Below are positions 1 through 10,003 of a stretch of DNA of 64,000 nt, piece by piece. Below the pieces are notes generated by a model. It did no database searches. It had not been told where the DNA came from and worked only from the letters and a program-made list of their open reading frames with translations. The position numbers and the translations under genes are program-made. This DNA is from an uncultured Ignavibacteriaceae bacterium. Lineage in GTDB: Bacteria; Bacteroidota; Ignavibacteria; Ignavibacteriales; Ignavibacteriaceae. How positions within the stretch are numbered: position 1 is the stretch's first letter; the number at the start of each line of letters is the position of its first letter. The stretch is from assembly GCA_963809415.1 (NCBI GenBank), contig CAWEJJ010000005.1, forward strand, positions 41,573-105,572, read 5' to 3'.

Positions 1-363
1 CCTTCTTTCGGATGAAGCAATACCAGCATAAATTAGCGGAAGTTCAACATTATGAATAGCATCCGAACGAGCCAGCAAATTGAATGTTTGAAAAACAAAC
101 CCGATTTCCTTATTTCTGATTTTTGCTAATTCATTATCAGTCATTTCACTTACGGCAACTCCTTTAAAATCATATACACCAGAAGTGGGCGTATCCAAAC
201 AACCGAGCATATTCATAAGTGTGGACTTACCTGAACCTGAGGGACCCATGATTGCAACGTATTCATTTTGATTTATCTTTATAGATACATCTCTTAAAGC
301 ATGCACTTCTTCAGATCCAACCTGATAAACTTTAGCAATATGTTCAATATTAATTATGTTCAT
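1..363 (-). CDS. ABC transporter ATP-binding protein (MacB/LolD family), N-terminal part; gene runs off the window start
   Basis: My own reverse translation from the ATG at 363-361 gives [62 protein letters not shown]..., which contains Walker [10 protein letters not shown]. It lies directly downstream of the adaptor and TolC genes. It is not in the ORF track because it is truncated. Confidence 0.85.
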   Translation of the reverse strand, partial: MNIINIEHIAKVYQVGSEEVHALRDVSIKINQNEYVAIMGPSGSGKSTLMNMLGCLDTPTSGVYDFKGVAVSEMTDNELAKIRNKEIGFVFQTFNLLARSDAIHNVELPLIYAGIASSERR

Positions 364-376
364 TTTTTTACCAATC

Positions 377-1675
377 TTATTTTTTTGCCGTAATTGGTTT
401 TTTATCTTCAGTTCTAACTTGTGATCCATCATTTAGTTCACGTGAGATTGCGCCATAGCTACCTGAAACAACACTTTCCCCAGCTTTTAATCCATCCCAT
501 ACAGCAATATAATTATCATCACTAAGTCCTGTTTTTACCTCAACCATTTTAGCTTTGCCGTCTTTTACGATAAACACAACTTCTTTCGGTTTATTATTAT
601 TTTCCTTTTTATTGGTCTTAACTTTTACAATTCCTTCGTCCCCACCATTTCCTGAAGTCTCTCCTTGGATGGCAGGTACATCAGATCTTGTAGTAACGCT
701 TTGTATAGGAACACTTAAAACATTGTTAACAGTCTCTGTTTGGATATCAGCATTACAAGACATACCTGGTCTTAAATTATTATCAGGATCAAGTATCTTA
801 ATTTTAACTCCAAAATTCACTACTTCTTCTTGAGTTCCCAACCCGGTTGTTTGTGCACTATTACCAATTTCGGAAACGATACCTTTAAATTCTTTATCTT
901 TAAATGCATCAACTTTTATTGTTGCAGTATCACCAACAGATACTAAAACAACATCATTTTCATCAACATCAACAACTGCTTCAATATTTCGTAAATCCGA
1001 AACGGTCATAATATCACTACCCATGCTAAATCCTGCACCAAAAACTCTTTCACCTAGCTCGACATTAAGCTGTGTAATAACACCATCCATTGGAGAAACA
1101 ATTGTAGTTTTATATAAAGTTTCAAGTACTTCTCTTAATTGTGCTTTGCTCTGTAGAACGTTTGCCTGTGCAGCTTCAAAAGATGCTTTTGTAGAAAGGT
1201 AATTTGATTTAGCAGTTTCAAATTCAGAATCACTTGATAATCCTTTGCTATTAAGTTCCTTAACACGGTTATAATCTGATTCAACTTTATCTAATTCTGC
1301 TTTACTCATTTTTAAGTTGGCTTCAGAGGCTTGAAGATTTGCTTCTAATCTTTGTTTCTGTGCCTGATACTGGTCTCCTTTGATTCTGATAAGAAGCTGA
1401 CCCTTTTTAACATAGTCACCTTCCTTAACCGGTAATTGGACAATTTCACCTGTCACTTCCGGAGTAATTACAACTTTAAATTCAGGATTAATTTTTCCTG
1501 TAGCAGCAACAGTTTGAGTGATATTTCTTTTTTCAACTTTTTCTGTTTGTACTGAAATTATCTCTGCTTTATTACCGCTTGTAAAAGCTATAACCAGAAG
1601 GATGATAAGCAAAATACCTATTCCACCAAAGATATATAATTTCTTTTTCGATTTTTTCTTTTTACCGTTAGCCAT
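377..1675 (-). CDS. Efflux transporter periplasmic adaptor subunit (HlyD/MacA-type membrane fusion protein)
   Basis: 432 aa with an N-terminal lysine-rich anchor plus TM, a long coiled-coil hairpin ([24 protein letters not shown]...), and lipoyl/beta-barrel motifs ([18 protein letters not shown]). It sits between the TolC and ABC ATPase genes. Confidence 0.85.
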   Translation of the reverse strand: MANGKKKKSKKKLYIFGGIGILLIILLVIAFTSGNKAEIISVQTEKVEKRNITQTVAATGKINPEFKVVITPEVTGEIVQLPVKEGDYVKKGQLLIRIKGDQYQAQKQRLEANLQASEANLKMSKAELDKVESDYNRVKELNSKGLSSDSEFETAKSNYLSTKASFEAAQANVLQSKAQLREVLETLYKTTIVSPMDGVITQLNVELGERVFGAGFSMGSDIMTVSDLRNIEAVVDVDENDVVLVSVGDTATIKVDAFKDKEFKGIVSEIGNSAQTTGLGTQEEVVNFGVKIKILDPDNNLRPGMSCNADIQTETVNNVLSVPIQSVTTRSDVPAIQGETSGNGGDEGIVKVKTNKKENNNKPKEVVFIVKDGKAKMVEVKTGLSDDNYIAVWDGLKAGESVVSGSYGAISRELNDGSQVRTEDKKPITAKK

Positions 1676-1701
1676 TTCTAATATACTCCTTTAATTAAAA
1701 T

Positions 1702-3048
1702 TTATTCGTATTGGTTATAATCCAGAACACCAAGATTATATTTTAATTCATCACTCAATCTGATGTAATTAAATTGAGCATTGATGTAATTTGTTTTTGC
1801 GTTTTGATATGAAGTATTTGCAATAAGTACATCAAGTAATTTCCCCGAACCGAGATTATATTTCTCTTGTTCGATCTTCAAATTTTCTTCTGCAGCTTTT
1901 ACATTTTTAGCAGTAACCAGTAATGCTTTTTTAGCAGCTTCAAGATCAAGAAAAGATTTTTGTAAGTTTTGTTTAATTAATCTTTCACTATCGTGAACCT
2001 GCAATTCATAGTTCATTGCATCAACTTCTGCACTTTGGACCTGGTTATTAACAGAAAAACCTGAAAAAATTGGAATGCTTAATGTCAACCCTGCCGAGTA
2101 ATTATGTGAATCAAAAATATTTCCGATGCTATTTGCAAATGAGTTATAACCAATGCTGCCGGTCAGTCTCGGAAGATGACCCGATCTTGCCATAGTGATA
2201 TTATTATAATATGAATCCAGATTTAATTTTTGAGCAAGGTAATCTTTTCTATTTTGCAAAGCTTCTTTAACCAACCCATCTATTGTATTAAAATCAGTGT
2301 TAACGTCAGTATCAAGTATATTCACTTCCCTGTTGGTAAGAGTACTTGAATATTGGTAATCTTCGAGTACATCTAAACCCAGATAATAAAGCAAATTACT
2401 TTTGGCAGTTTCAAGTGTGTTTTTTTGCTGGATTACCTGTAATTCTGCGTTACCAAGCTGAACTTGTTGTTGATAAACATCCGCTTTAGTAACTGAACCA
2501 AGTCGATTTCTTTCTTCAATTGTTTCAAGATTCTTTTGCTGCTGTTTAACATCTTCGTCGCTAACTTTTAGAAGCTGATCCGCTTGTACAATTGAGTAAT
2601 AAAGATTTATTGTTTGAAAAACCACTTCTTGCTTTTTCTGTTCGATGGATAATTTAGCCGATTCAATATTGTTTTTACTTCTTGATAAATTTGCAAAATT
2701 TGATAAACCGTCAAACAAAACTATATTGGAACCAGCACCAACACCATAGGATCTTGATTCAGTTGTGCTTGGTGGAAAATAAAAATTTATACCATTTATA
2801 GCTGTAGTTCTGCCCGTTTCTTCTGTTCTATTCCAGTCAAAATTTCCATAGGCACTTAAATCTGGTAAAAATTTTCCATAAGCCGCATTTAAGCTAGATT
2901 CACTTCTTAATAATTCATTTTCATTTGAAATGAGTCCGCTATTCTTTTGTAACGCTATTCTGATAGCTTCATCAAGCGAAAGTTCACGTTGAGGAAATAC
3001 ATTGGTAAACATTATCATTGTAATTATTGAAATTAAGAATAACTTCAT
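1702..3048 (-). CDS. TolC-family outer membrane efflux protein
   Basis: 448 aa with a signal peptide and two tandem repeat halves, including typical TolC motifs (LSLDEAIRIALQKNSGL, LGSGKLLDVLIANTSYQNAKTNYINAQFNY). It is the first gene of the efflux operon. Confidence 0.85.
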   Translation of the reverse strand: MKLFLISIITMIMFTNVFPQRELSLDEAIRIALQKNSGLISNENELLRSESSLNAAYGKFLPDLSAYGNFDWNRTEETGRTTAINGINFYFPPSTTESRSYGVGAGSNIVLFDGLSNFANLSRSKNNIESAKLSIEQKKQEVVFQTINLYYSIVQADQLLKVSDEDVKQQQKNLETIEERNRLGSVTKADVYQQQVQLGNAELQVIQQKNTLETAKSNLLYYLGLDVLEDYQYSSTLTNREVNILDTDVNTDFNTIDGLVKEALQNRKDYLAQKLNLDSYYNNITMARSGHLPRLTGSIGYNSFANSIGNIFDSHNYSAGLTLSIPIFSGFSVNNQVQSAEVDAMNYELQVHDSERLIKQNLQKSFLDLEAAKKALLVTAKNVKAAEENLKIEQEKYNLGSGKLLDVLIANTSYQNAKTNYINAQFNYIRLSDELKYNLGVLDYNQYE

Positions 3049-3329
3049 TATTTGCTCCAGATGTTGATTTGTAAATTCAAATGTTTGAAAACTTATCTAA
3101 TTAAATTTTTTATAGTTAAAACCTCACCAAAAATAGGTTAATCAACCTTAATTATGGAGTTTTAATTATAAACGGTAAAATAATTACACTTACGGTTGAG
3201 ATAAGAACTGAGAATCAAAGTTGTAATATATACACAGGTTCAAGTCCAGGTTTAAATTCTAAAAAGTGCTGCAACACCTTAGCAATAAAGATAGTTTTAA
3301 TAAGTGATGAAAACTTATAAGTGATATTT

Positions 3330-4757
3330 TTATTGAGCGGTTTTTAAAAATTTATCCTTTATCTCTAATAAATATTGGTAAGCCTCTTCATAGTTGTTAC
3401 CAATTTTACCATCCAGAATTGCTTCTTCAATTGCTTCTTTAATTTCGCCAACTTTTCTTGATGGTTTAATATTACAAACCTTCATAATATCCTCTCCTCT
3501 AACCGGAGATTGAAATTCTTTCAGTTTATCTCTTTCCTTCACATCACGAACTTTTTGCATTACACGCTCATAGTTGCCAAGATATTTTTCAACTTTTATT
3601 GGATTTTTACTTGTAATATCTGCACGGCACAAAGTAATTAAGTCTTCTAAATCTTCTCCGGCATTTACAACTAATCTACGTATTGCGGAATCAGTAACTT
3701 CTTCTTTAGCTAATGCGATTGGTCTCAAGTGTAAGCGAATTAGTTTTTCAACATAGTCCAATTGATTAAGCGGCAGTTTCATTCGAAGAAATATTTTCTT
3801 CATCATTCTAGCGCCTAATTCTTCGTGGCCGTGAAATGTCCAGCCGGTACCTTCAATAAATTTTTTCGTCGGAGGTTTTGCAATATCGTGTACCAGTGCA
3901 GAGAATCTCAGCCAAACATTATTTGTTTCTTTTGCGATATTATCAACAACTTGCAGTGTATGAAGAAATACATCTTTGTGATGGTAGTCTTTACGTTGAT
4001 CAACACCAGCCATCACGGCGATTTCAGGAAAAACTATTTTTAGAACATCCGAATCGAATAAAAGTTTTAATCCAATTGATGGTTTTTGTGAAGAAAGAAT
4101 TTTTAATAACTCATCAGTTATTCTTTCCCTGGAAACAATAGCCAGTCTTTCTTTCATTTCCCTGGCAGCGATCATTATATTTTCATCAACATTAAAATTA
4201 AGTTGAGATGCAAAACGAAAGGCACGCATAATTCTTAGCGGATCATCATCAAATGTCTTAAATGCATCAAGCGGTGTTTTAATCAGTCTATTATTTATAT
4301 CGTCATAGCCGCTATAGGTGTCTATCATTTCCCCAAAGTTTTTTTTATTCACCGATATAGCCAAAGTATTTATGGTAAAATCTCGTCTTGAAATATCGTC
4401 TTCAAATGTCCCATCTTCTACCACTGGTTTCCTTGTATTGCGGTCGTAAGATTCTTTTCTGGCACCAACAAACTCAACATCAAACCCATTATAATTAAAA
4501 TGAGCGGTACCAAAATTGTTAAAGACAGTCACATTTTTTATCCCTAATTCATTAGCGACGGTATTCGCAAATTCAATACCACTGCCAATTACTAATATAT
4601 CAATATCACTGCGCAATCGATTAAGAATTAGATCACGAACATACCCGCCAACAATGTAAACGTTCACAGACAGTCTTTCTGATACTTCAGAGATGATCTG
4701 AATTAGTTTTTGTTCTTTAATTTGATCTGCAAACATTATTTTGTTTCTTGAGTTCAT
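3330..4757 (-). CDS. cca: tRNA nucleotidyltransferase (CCA-adding)/poly(A) polymerase family protein with HD domain
   Basis: 475 aa. It has the nucleotidyltransferase motif YIVGGYVRDLIL...DIDI, the RRDFTIN motif, and an HD domain (HHKDVFLHTLQVV...HDIAKP). Confidence 0.75.
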   Translation of the reverse strand: MNSRNKIMFADQIKEQKLIQIISEVSERLSVNVYIVGGYVRDLILNRLRSDIDILVIGSGIEFANTVANELGIKNVTVFNNFGTAHFNYNGFDVEFVGARKESYDRNTRKPVVEDGTFEDDISRRDFTINTLAISVNKKNFGEMIDTYSGYDDINNRLIKTPLDAFKTFDDDPLRIMRAFRFASQLNFNVDENIMIAAREMKERLAIVSRERITDELLKILSSQKPSIGLKLLFDSDVLKIVFPEIAVMAGVDQRKDYHHKDVFLHTLQVVDNIAKETNNVWLRFSALVHDIAKPPTKKFIEGTGWTFHGHEELGARMMKKIFLRMKLPLNQLDYVEKLIRLHLRPIALAKEEVTDSAIRRLVVNAGEDLEDLITLCRADITSKNPIKVEKYLGNYERVMQKVRDVKERDKLKEFQSPVRGEDIMKVCNIKPSRKVGEIKEAIEEAILDGKIGNNYEEAYQYLLEIKDKFLKTAQ

Positions 4758-4767
4758 TAATTATAGC

Positions 4768-6969
4768 TTATTTTGTTGCGGTATATTGAAAAGTTGATAA
4801 AATTTTATCAGCATTTAGAGAAAACCAGTTTGCTTTTTCAAAGTTTTGCTGCAATGAAATTATAAATGGATTTTTATCTTTAAATCTTAAACTTAATGCA
4901 GCCATCTTGCGACTACCTGTGTAATCTCCATTTTCTAACATATATTGTGATAACTTAAACAAAGCGTAACTGCTCTCAACATTATCAATAGTAAAAACCT
5001 TATTAAAATTTTTTATGAATTTATTATATTCAACGCCAATTACCTGTGCTAAATCAATCAGTACTGGGATTGAACTATAATTATATGCATCCCTATTTAA
5101 ATTTAGAAGAATGTTGTACTTAACAGAATCATTTGAAGCGATATAATTTTTAATCTGATTTCCCTCAATTAATGCCAACCTAACATTTGAAAGCATTGTT
5201 AAATAAAAATTCGGGTTATAATTAACTAATTTTTTATAAACTGAGTTAGCCGAATCTATTTTACCTGATTGCACATATAAATCCCCAAGCCTGAAAAGTA
5301 AATTAAAATAATACGGTGTGTTTGCAAATTTGTTTAAGTATTTATTTAACAAATCAATTGCAATTTTGTTCTGCTTATTCAATAAATAGATTTCAGATAA
5401 ACCCATTATCGCTGAGTAGTTAATAGTTTTTTGATTTATCTCATTAAATAGATTTTCTGCCTCAGTATAATTGTCATCATTAAGATACTTCCAGGCAATA
5501 TTTAATCTATCCGAAATAAATCTGGGACAAACTTTTTGGATAATTGATAATCTTCCAAAATAGTACTGAGCCATTGATTTATCTCCAATAACCGGAGCAT
5601 TTTTTAATTTGGTTTCAAACTCTCTTTGTGCGGAAATAAAATCCGTTTTAAAGTAAAACTCAAAATTCCCACTTTTATAAAATGATTTAACTTTTTCGAT
5701 ACCATATTTATCAATTAAATATTTAAAGAAGGCACCGCTATAGGTATAAGATAAAGTTGAGTTTTGTTTAAAGAAATTTAGTCCTTTAAATAAATCAATA
5801 ATATTAACCTTATAATCATTATTGTAAGCCAATGCTGTAATCTCTTGTATTGAATAATTATTAAAATTATTGTCAACAGCTTCGGCTAAACCTTCAATCA
5901 TTGCGGCATTGAAACCACTTGCTAACTTAAATATACCGGAACCAAATTCAGCGGAAAAAACATGTATTAATTCGTGTTGTAATGTATTATTCCATGAATC
6001 TTTACTTATATAAACTGAATATTGCCATGGTTTAGCGACATTAGCATTTCCAGCGCCGAATAATTGTTTTTTTTGTTCACTTGAGTTAAACAAATATACA
6101 TCAATATTTTTAGACAGATCGACCTTCAACTTTTTCGTTAAATGATCAAAATAATATTGCTGATTTAGAGCTATAAATTTAGCTTCTGAATCAGATAAGT
6201 GATCATAGTGCAAAGTTGTATTCGCAGTTATTATTTTTTTTGACAAGTAAGATTCTAATCTGCCATACGTGGTTGTAAATCCTAAAAATGGGGAAAGTAA
6301 TTGAAATAATATTGGGACAACCAGTAAAACAATAGCATATTTTATTTTATTATTAAGAACAAACTCTTTCTTTTTTGTAAATAATAGTATTAACGAAATG
6401 AAATAAATTAGAATTAGTAACTGATGATAAACCAATTTCCAATCCGGACTTAGTCCTTCATCATAAATATTACCAGGGAAATAACCAATTAATGGAGAAT
6501 AAAAATATACCTGAGGATTAAAATAAATTTCTAAAACCGGGATTAAGGCTAATACTATTATAAAAATCACAAACAATAATTTGTGAAATCTCTTAGCAAA
6601 GATTAAAGTAAAAGTTCCTATGGAACAACCAATAAAAATGGCAGGGAAAGCGATAAGAAAATAAAAAAGAATTCCGTCCATAAACGAACAGAACATCGTA
6701 AAGAATGAATAAGCTATTGAGATCAATAAAGGAATGATAGCCAATAAAATTAATTTTTTACATAAAGTATTAAAATCATTCGGGTTACTTTTCAGAAAAG
6801 ATATTGAATAAAATCCTGATAGTATCAAAAGTAAGAGAGAATTTAATGCTGCAAATTCATAACCCAGCGTATTTAACAACGGCAATTGAATAAAAATCAA
6901 GTTGAGTAACAAAACAATAATAATTGTTATCAAATAATAAATATTGTGAGATGATTTATTTTTTATCAA
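4768..6969 (-). CDS. Polytopic membrane protein with peptidase-MA-like (HExxH) domain and C-terminal TPR repeats
   Basis: 733 aa. The N-terminus has about 8-9 hydrophobic helices. Then come HELIHV and a downstream EGLAEA (the gluzincin HExxH...E pattern), followed by TPR-like repeats. The gene starts 14 nt after the kinase stop. Confidence 0.55.
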   Translation of the reverse strand: MIKNKSSHNIYYLITIIIVLLLNLIFIQLPLLNTLGYEFAALNSLLLLILSGFYSISFLKSNPNDFNTLCKKLILLAIIPLLISIAYSFFTMFCSFMDGILFYFLIAFPAIFIGCSIGTFTLIFAKRFHKLLFVIFIIVLALIPVLEIYFNPQVYFYSPLIGYFPGNIYDEGLSPDWKLVYHQLLILIYFISLILLFTKKKEFVLNNKIKYAIVLLVVPILFQLLSPFLGFTTTYGRLESYLSKKIITANTTLHYDHLSDSEAKFIALNQQYYFDHLTKKLKVDLSKNIDVYLFNSSEQKKQLFGAGNANVAKPWQYSVYISKDSWNNTLQHELIHVFSAEFGSGIFKLASGFNAAMIEGLAEAVDNNFNNYSIQEITALAYNNDYKVNIIDLFKGLNFFKQNSTLSYTYSGAFFKYLIDKYGIEKVKSFYKSGNFEFYFKTDFISAQREFETKLKNAPVIGDKSMAQYYFGRLSIIQKVCPRFISDRLNIAWKYLNDDNYTEAENLFNEINQKTINYSAIMGLSEIYLLNKQNKIAIDLLNKYLNKFANTPYYFNLLFRLGDLYVQSGKIDSANSVYKKLVNYNPNFYLTMLSNVRLALIEGNQIKNYIASNDSVKYNILLNLNRDAYNYSSIPVLIDLAQVIGVEYNKFIKNFNKVFTIDNVESSYALFKLSQYMLENGDYTGSRKMAALSLRFKDKNPFIISLQQNFEKANWFSLNADKILSTFQYTATK

Positions 6970-6983
6970 TTGCTTATAAAAAA

Positions 6984-8906
6984 TTATTTAACTTTACTTT
7001 TAAATATTGAGCCATTATTCCCCACAATTATATATCTTCCTGATGTCAGCTTTTTGATATCATTAAGAATTACGGGTTTACCAACACTATTTTTCTTCCA
7101 GGTTTTACCGGCATCTTTAGTTCTAAATATTTCACCCCTGTTACTTAAAATTATTCCGTCTACATTGCTTTCGAAAAATACGTTATACAGTCCTGAAGTC
7201 GTTCCAATATTAATCTTATTCCAATTTGCTCCGCCATCCTCAGTTCTTAAAACCAATCCTTCACCACCGACAATAAATCCGAGAAACTGATTAACAAATA
7301 AAATCTTTTTCAGATAGGTTCTATAATCCAAATTAACTTTATGCCATGATGATCCTTGATCTTCGGTCTTCAGAATTGTCCCATTCCAACCTATTGCAAA
7401 TCCTGTGTTCTCGTCAGCAAATGCACTAGAAAATAAATTCTCTTTAATTCCGTCAAATATTTTTTGCCAGGTCAAACCTCCATCAACAGATTTTAATATA
7501 ACACCGTTACTACCCGTTATAAAACCAATGTTATCATCGATAAAATTAATATTAAATAAAGTTTCTTTTGTATTGGTTGTAACTCTATTCCAACCTTGTG
7601 AATTATGTGTAAACTTAAGCAAAGTCCCATTTTCACCAGCACAATAAATTCGCTCATTTACAGAACAAATTGAATAAAACTCACCATTATATCCGACATT
7701 AATCTCTTTCCAATTTTGTCCGCCATCAGTAGTTTTAAGAACTTGTCCACGACTTCCTACAACAAATCCGGTAAGATTATCTAAAAAATAAATCGAGTTA
7801 AGATTTTTTTCTGAATTGATTGTTGTAAGCTGCCAATCAGTTTTCTCTGTATAACTTGGATTCTTAGAATAATCTTGTGAATAGTTTAATGAATTATTTA
7901 TTTCTTCTGACGCTTTTTGTTTAAGAGTTTTATCAACGATAGAATAGACAAAAATGGCTAATACAATAAATACTGCCAAAAGAAAAATATTCCCGAGTTT
8001 ATTAATTAATGAAATTCTTCTATTCGGTTTATTTTTATCATTTATATTTTCTTCAGGTAAAATGGGAGTTATATTATTATCATACTTAAGGTTTGCAATA
8101 ATATTTTTTATATCAACATTGAACTCCGATGCTGTATTGTAATTATTTGACAAAGATTTTCCCATTGCTTTAAGAACTACTTCATCAATCTCGTTCGGAA
8201 TATTTGGCAAGATATCGGAAATTCTTGGCGGCAGTTTATTAACATGAGAATCTACAATCTCATAAAAGGTCTTAGATTCATAAGGATAATATCCAGTTAA
8301 CATTTCATATAAAGTAATACCAAGTGAGTAAATATCACTCTTTACAGTTACTTCATTTCCGCTAAGTTGTTCAGGACTCATATATAACAAAGTACCGGGT
8401 CTTGCATTATGTTGAGTAACTGATTCTATTTCATCCATAGATTTTGAAATTCCAAAATCCATTATTTTGGCATTCCCATTAAAATCAATAATTATGTTTG
8501 AAGGTTTTAAATCTCTATGAATAAAGCCTTGCGAGTGAGCATAAGAAATTCCATCAAGTACCTGGGAAATAATATCCAATGCATGATGCACTTCAAAATG
8601 TCCTTCTTCGTTTATTATGTTCTCGATAGTTTTCCCTTCCACAAATTCCATAGCGATACCAACAATATCTTTTTCTTCAACAAAACCATAAACTGAAACA
8701 ATATTTGGATGATTAAGTCTGGCTTGATTTCTCGCTTCTCTTCTGAAGCGTTCCATAATTCTGGATAAACGAGTAGTATTAATGTTAAGTATTTTTAAAG
8801 CAATATATCTTTCAAGTTTTATATCAAAAGCCTTATAGACAACACCCATCCCTCCTTCGCCCAGCAAAGCAATAATTTTATAATTCTGAATTTTCTTTCC
8901 GATCAT
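6984..8906 (-). CDS. Ser/Thr protein kinase fused through one TM helix to a BNR/Asp-box (Ycf48-like) beta-propeller
   Basis: 640 aa. Hanks kinase motifs are present: GEGGMGVVYKA, HRDLKPSN, DFG, SPE. A TM helix (IFLLAVFIVLAIFVYSIV) follows. The C-terminal part carries repeated S/T-x-D-x-G-x-x-W boxes (TTDGGQNW, SVDGGLTW, TEDQGSSW, TEDGGANW, TKDAGKTW). Confidence 0.85.
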   Translation of the reverse strand: MIGKKIQNYKIIALLGEGGMGVVYKAFDIKLERYIALKILNINTTRLSRIMERFRREARNQARLNHPNIVSVYGFVEEKDIVGIAMEFVEGKTIENIINEEGHFEVHHALDIISQVLDGISYAHSQGFIHRDLKPSNIIIDFNGNAKIMDFGISKSMDEIESVTQHNARPGTLLYMSPEQLSGNEVTVKSDIYSLGITLYEMLTGYYPYESKTFYEIVDSHVNKLPPRISDILPNIPNEIDEVVLKAMGKSLSNNYNTASEFNVDIKNIIANLKYDNNITPILPEENINDKNKPNRRISLINKLGNIFLLAVFIVLAIFVYSIVDKTLKQKASEEINNSLNYSQDYSKNPSYTEKTDWQLTTINSEKNLNSIYFLDNLTGFVVGSRGQVLKTTDGGQNWKEINVGYNGEFYSICSVNERIYCAGENGTLLKFTHNSQGWNRVTTNTKETLFNINFIDDNIGFITGSNGVILKSVDGGLTWQKIFDGIKENLFSSAFADENTGFAIGWNGTILKTEDQGSSWHKVNLDYRTYLKKILFVNQFLGFIVGGEGLVLRTEDGGANWNKINIGTTSGLYNVFFESNVDGIILSNRGEIFRTKDAGKTWKKNSVGKPVILNDIKKLTSGRYIIVGNNGSIFKSKVK

Positions 8907-9633
8907 TTAATCTTTTTCGATATAAATAAAAGAATAATCGTCAGGAGCACCGCGATATTTGATCAATTTCACTATCTGATTTTTTTTGTCTTCCATATCA
9001 GAAATATTTAATATTTCTTCAAGTTCAATATTTGAAAGCAGATTAGTTATTCCATCCGAACAAATAAAAAACGCATTTTTTTCAAATTCGTTTAATTTGA
9101 TTTTACTTATATCGGGATCGACAAATAGTATTATCACCCAATGCTCTTGTTATAATATTTTTATTTGGATGGTTGGCGGCTTGCTTATGTGTTATAAAAC
9201 CTTCATCTAAAAGCTTTTGAACTAAAGAATGATCTTTTGTTACCTGATTGATTTTGCCAGATCTGAGATGATAAATTCTTGAATCACCGATATGTCCCCA
9301 AAATGCAATATTATCTTTAAGAAAAAGCATTTCGATTGTTGTCGCCATACTTTTTAAAGATTCACTGCCTGCTGAGTGACCAATGACGAAATTATTGGAT
9401 TCGTCCAAAGAGCTCTTAATTCTTTGCAAATAATCTTCCGAATCATTTGATGCAAAAAAGTGAGTTGCAGATTTAATAGCTATTTTGGAAGCCATATCAC
9501 CACCATAGTCTCCACCAACTCCATCACATAGAATAGCTAATAACCCATTGTTAATTTCAACAACTTCAACTGCATCTTCATTAAATTTCTTTTCAAAACC
9601 TGCACTTGAAAATTTAATGTACCTGTACCCCAT
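8907..9633 (-). pseudogene. PP2C-family Ser/Thr phosphatase, split into two ORFs (9103..9633 and 8907..9137) by a 1-nt frameshift
   Basis: The N-terminal ORF carries ILCDGVGG, GHIGDSRIY and NIITRALG. The C-terminal ORF carries FFICSDGITNLL and a PDD motif. Removing one base from the run at 9123-9125 restores ...ITRALGDNTIVDPDISKIKL.... The stop codon abuts the kinase start codon. Confidence 0.8.
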
Positions 9634-9876
9634 TATGAAGCCTTTCTTATTTATTTACGCTTATAACTACTCAAAAATAATAAAATCCTGTTTCAAGTAC
9701 GTATAATAAAAACCTTTAAAATATCGGTTGTTCAAATCATCGAAACTAATTTGTTTAACTTAGCACTTAAGTTTATATTTGTATCCAATTTTATCGAAAA
9801 AAATCATTTAATTGAGACATTTTATTAGTACTTCTTATTATTTTTGATTTGGGGTTCATACCCAAATGACCAATTT

Positions 9877-9959
9877 GCGAGAATGGCGGAATTTGGCAGA
9901 CGCGCTAGACTTAGGATCTAGTACCGTGAGGTGTCGGGGTTCGAGTCCCCGTTCTCGCA
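9877..9959 (+). tRNA. tRNA-Leu (anticodon TAG)
   Basis: Hand-folded cloverleaf: acceptor GCGAGAA/TTCTCGC, anticodon stem CTAGA/TCTAG with loop CTTAGGA, a 13-nt variable arm, T-arm CGGGG-TTCGAGT-CCCCG, and discriminator A. CCA is not encoded. Confidence 0.9.
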
Positions 9960-10003
9960 CTTTCAATTTTTACCAATTAAATTTTTTGAGGTTAGTTTTT
10001 TTT

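Noticed and set aside
555-833. 92-aa plus-strand ORF inside the adaptor gene. The same applies to the other antisense track ORFs: 3574..3756, 3825..4141, 6970..7290, 7405..7647, 7954..8142, 15293..15547, 19140..19328, 19816..20124, 23596..23866, 24128..24313, 28064..28258, 29727..29924, 30194..30457, 32661..32897, 33532..33798, 35196..35444, 37238..37465, 38049..38309, 39577..39831, 43314..43514, 44933..45380, 46581..47038, 47307..47546, 48208..48724, 49470..49796, 51322..51708, 52613..52953, 53620..53883, 58260..59026, 61055..61723 and 63733..63918.
   Set aside because: All lie antisense within long ORFs that have clear family motifs. Their translations are low-complexity (S/F/L/I-rich) with no recognisable domains. 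These are typical shadow ORFs.
3237-3247. GGTTCAAGTCC, a T-loop-like sequence in the tolC-cca intergenic region that could mark a tRNA or tmRNA
   Set aside because: The flanking bases do not form a 5-bp T stem (two mismatches). No acceptor, D or anticodon arms can be folded around it.
9848-9866. Hairpin TTTGGG-gttcata-CCCAAA, 10 nt upstream of tRNA-Leu
   Set aside because: It is short (6 bp), has no T tract on either strand, and has no upstream gene to terminate on the plus strand. It is probably incidental or part of the tRNA precursor leader.
9866-10003. The 5-prime part of track ORF 9866..10246 (MTNLREWRNLADALDLGSSTVRCRGSSPRSRT...)
   Set aside because: This stretch is the tRNA-Leu gene (9877..9959) read as protein. 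Trigger factor starts at the ATG at 10004 in the same frame.
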